64,000 bases of DNA, from positions 1,390,834 to 1,454,833 of the forward strand of contig NW_018406762.1 in NCBI RefSeq assembly GCF_002113885.1, written 5' to 3'. Of this stretch, positions 63,816 to 64,000 are shown piece by piece. Each line of letters begins with the position of its first letter. The first letter of the stretch is position 1. The translations under genes were made by a program, and so were the position numbers. This stretch comes from Mizuhopecten yessoensis (Eukaryota). The notes beneath the pieces were generated by a model that saw nothing but the letters and a program-made list of their open reading frames with translations, did not search any database and was not told the DNA's origin.

Positions 63816-64000
63816 TCTTATATCAGAATTATTTGTTTGTGTACCTAAAGGACATTAAAAGATAACATTCCGGACTTACGTTTAAGACGATAGTGTAAAT
63901 ATAAAATAATCGAAATGAGGAGGCATTGTTTGCTTGAAAACATCGTATTTGTCTCACAAAAAGATACTGTGACTAATTGTTAATTTTCGATTTCTGTATG

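Noticed and set aside
62828-63865. Long ORFs (345, 172, 159, 154 aa) with QRVISI/KSNFYT/YRNYSL repeats
   Set aside because: They are translations of an 18-bp minisatellite, open in several frames and on both strands; there is no evidence of a gene.

Overview
This is AT-rich eukaryotic DNA, most likely from a bivalve mollusc; that assignment is an inference from SINE, LINE and MITE signatures that look scallop/oyster-like. There are no prokaryotic features such as CRISPR, rRNA or operons. Positions ~0.6-51.5 kb are a tandem array of single-coding-exon, RING-less TRIM-like genes (B-box1, B-box2, coiled coil, NHL-like beta-propeller), all on the minus strand and built by segmental duplication. 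Three copies are intact 539-aa genes (6470-8089, 34519-36138, 44599-46218). One is frameshifted (19691-21312), one is 5'-truncated (12959-13972), one is 3'-truncated (49825-50276), and three older relics remain. The most notable signal is that differences between paralogs concentrate in two short loop positions per propeller blade, and that sequence tracts are swapped between neighbouring copies against the flank-defined duplication history. This looks like a diversifying recognition-protein array shaped by birth-and-death evolution and gene conversion. The rest is repeat DNA: two decayed LINEs (one with a degenerate 2A-like peptide), two hairpin-terminated Crypton-like elements, HINE/Helitron-like and TIR MITEs, SINE fragments, many minisatellites whose growth can be traced between paralogs, and a decayed spliced gene fragment with a ubiquitin-like look next to the truncated copy. 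All alignments were done by eye, and repeat boundaries are approximate.
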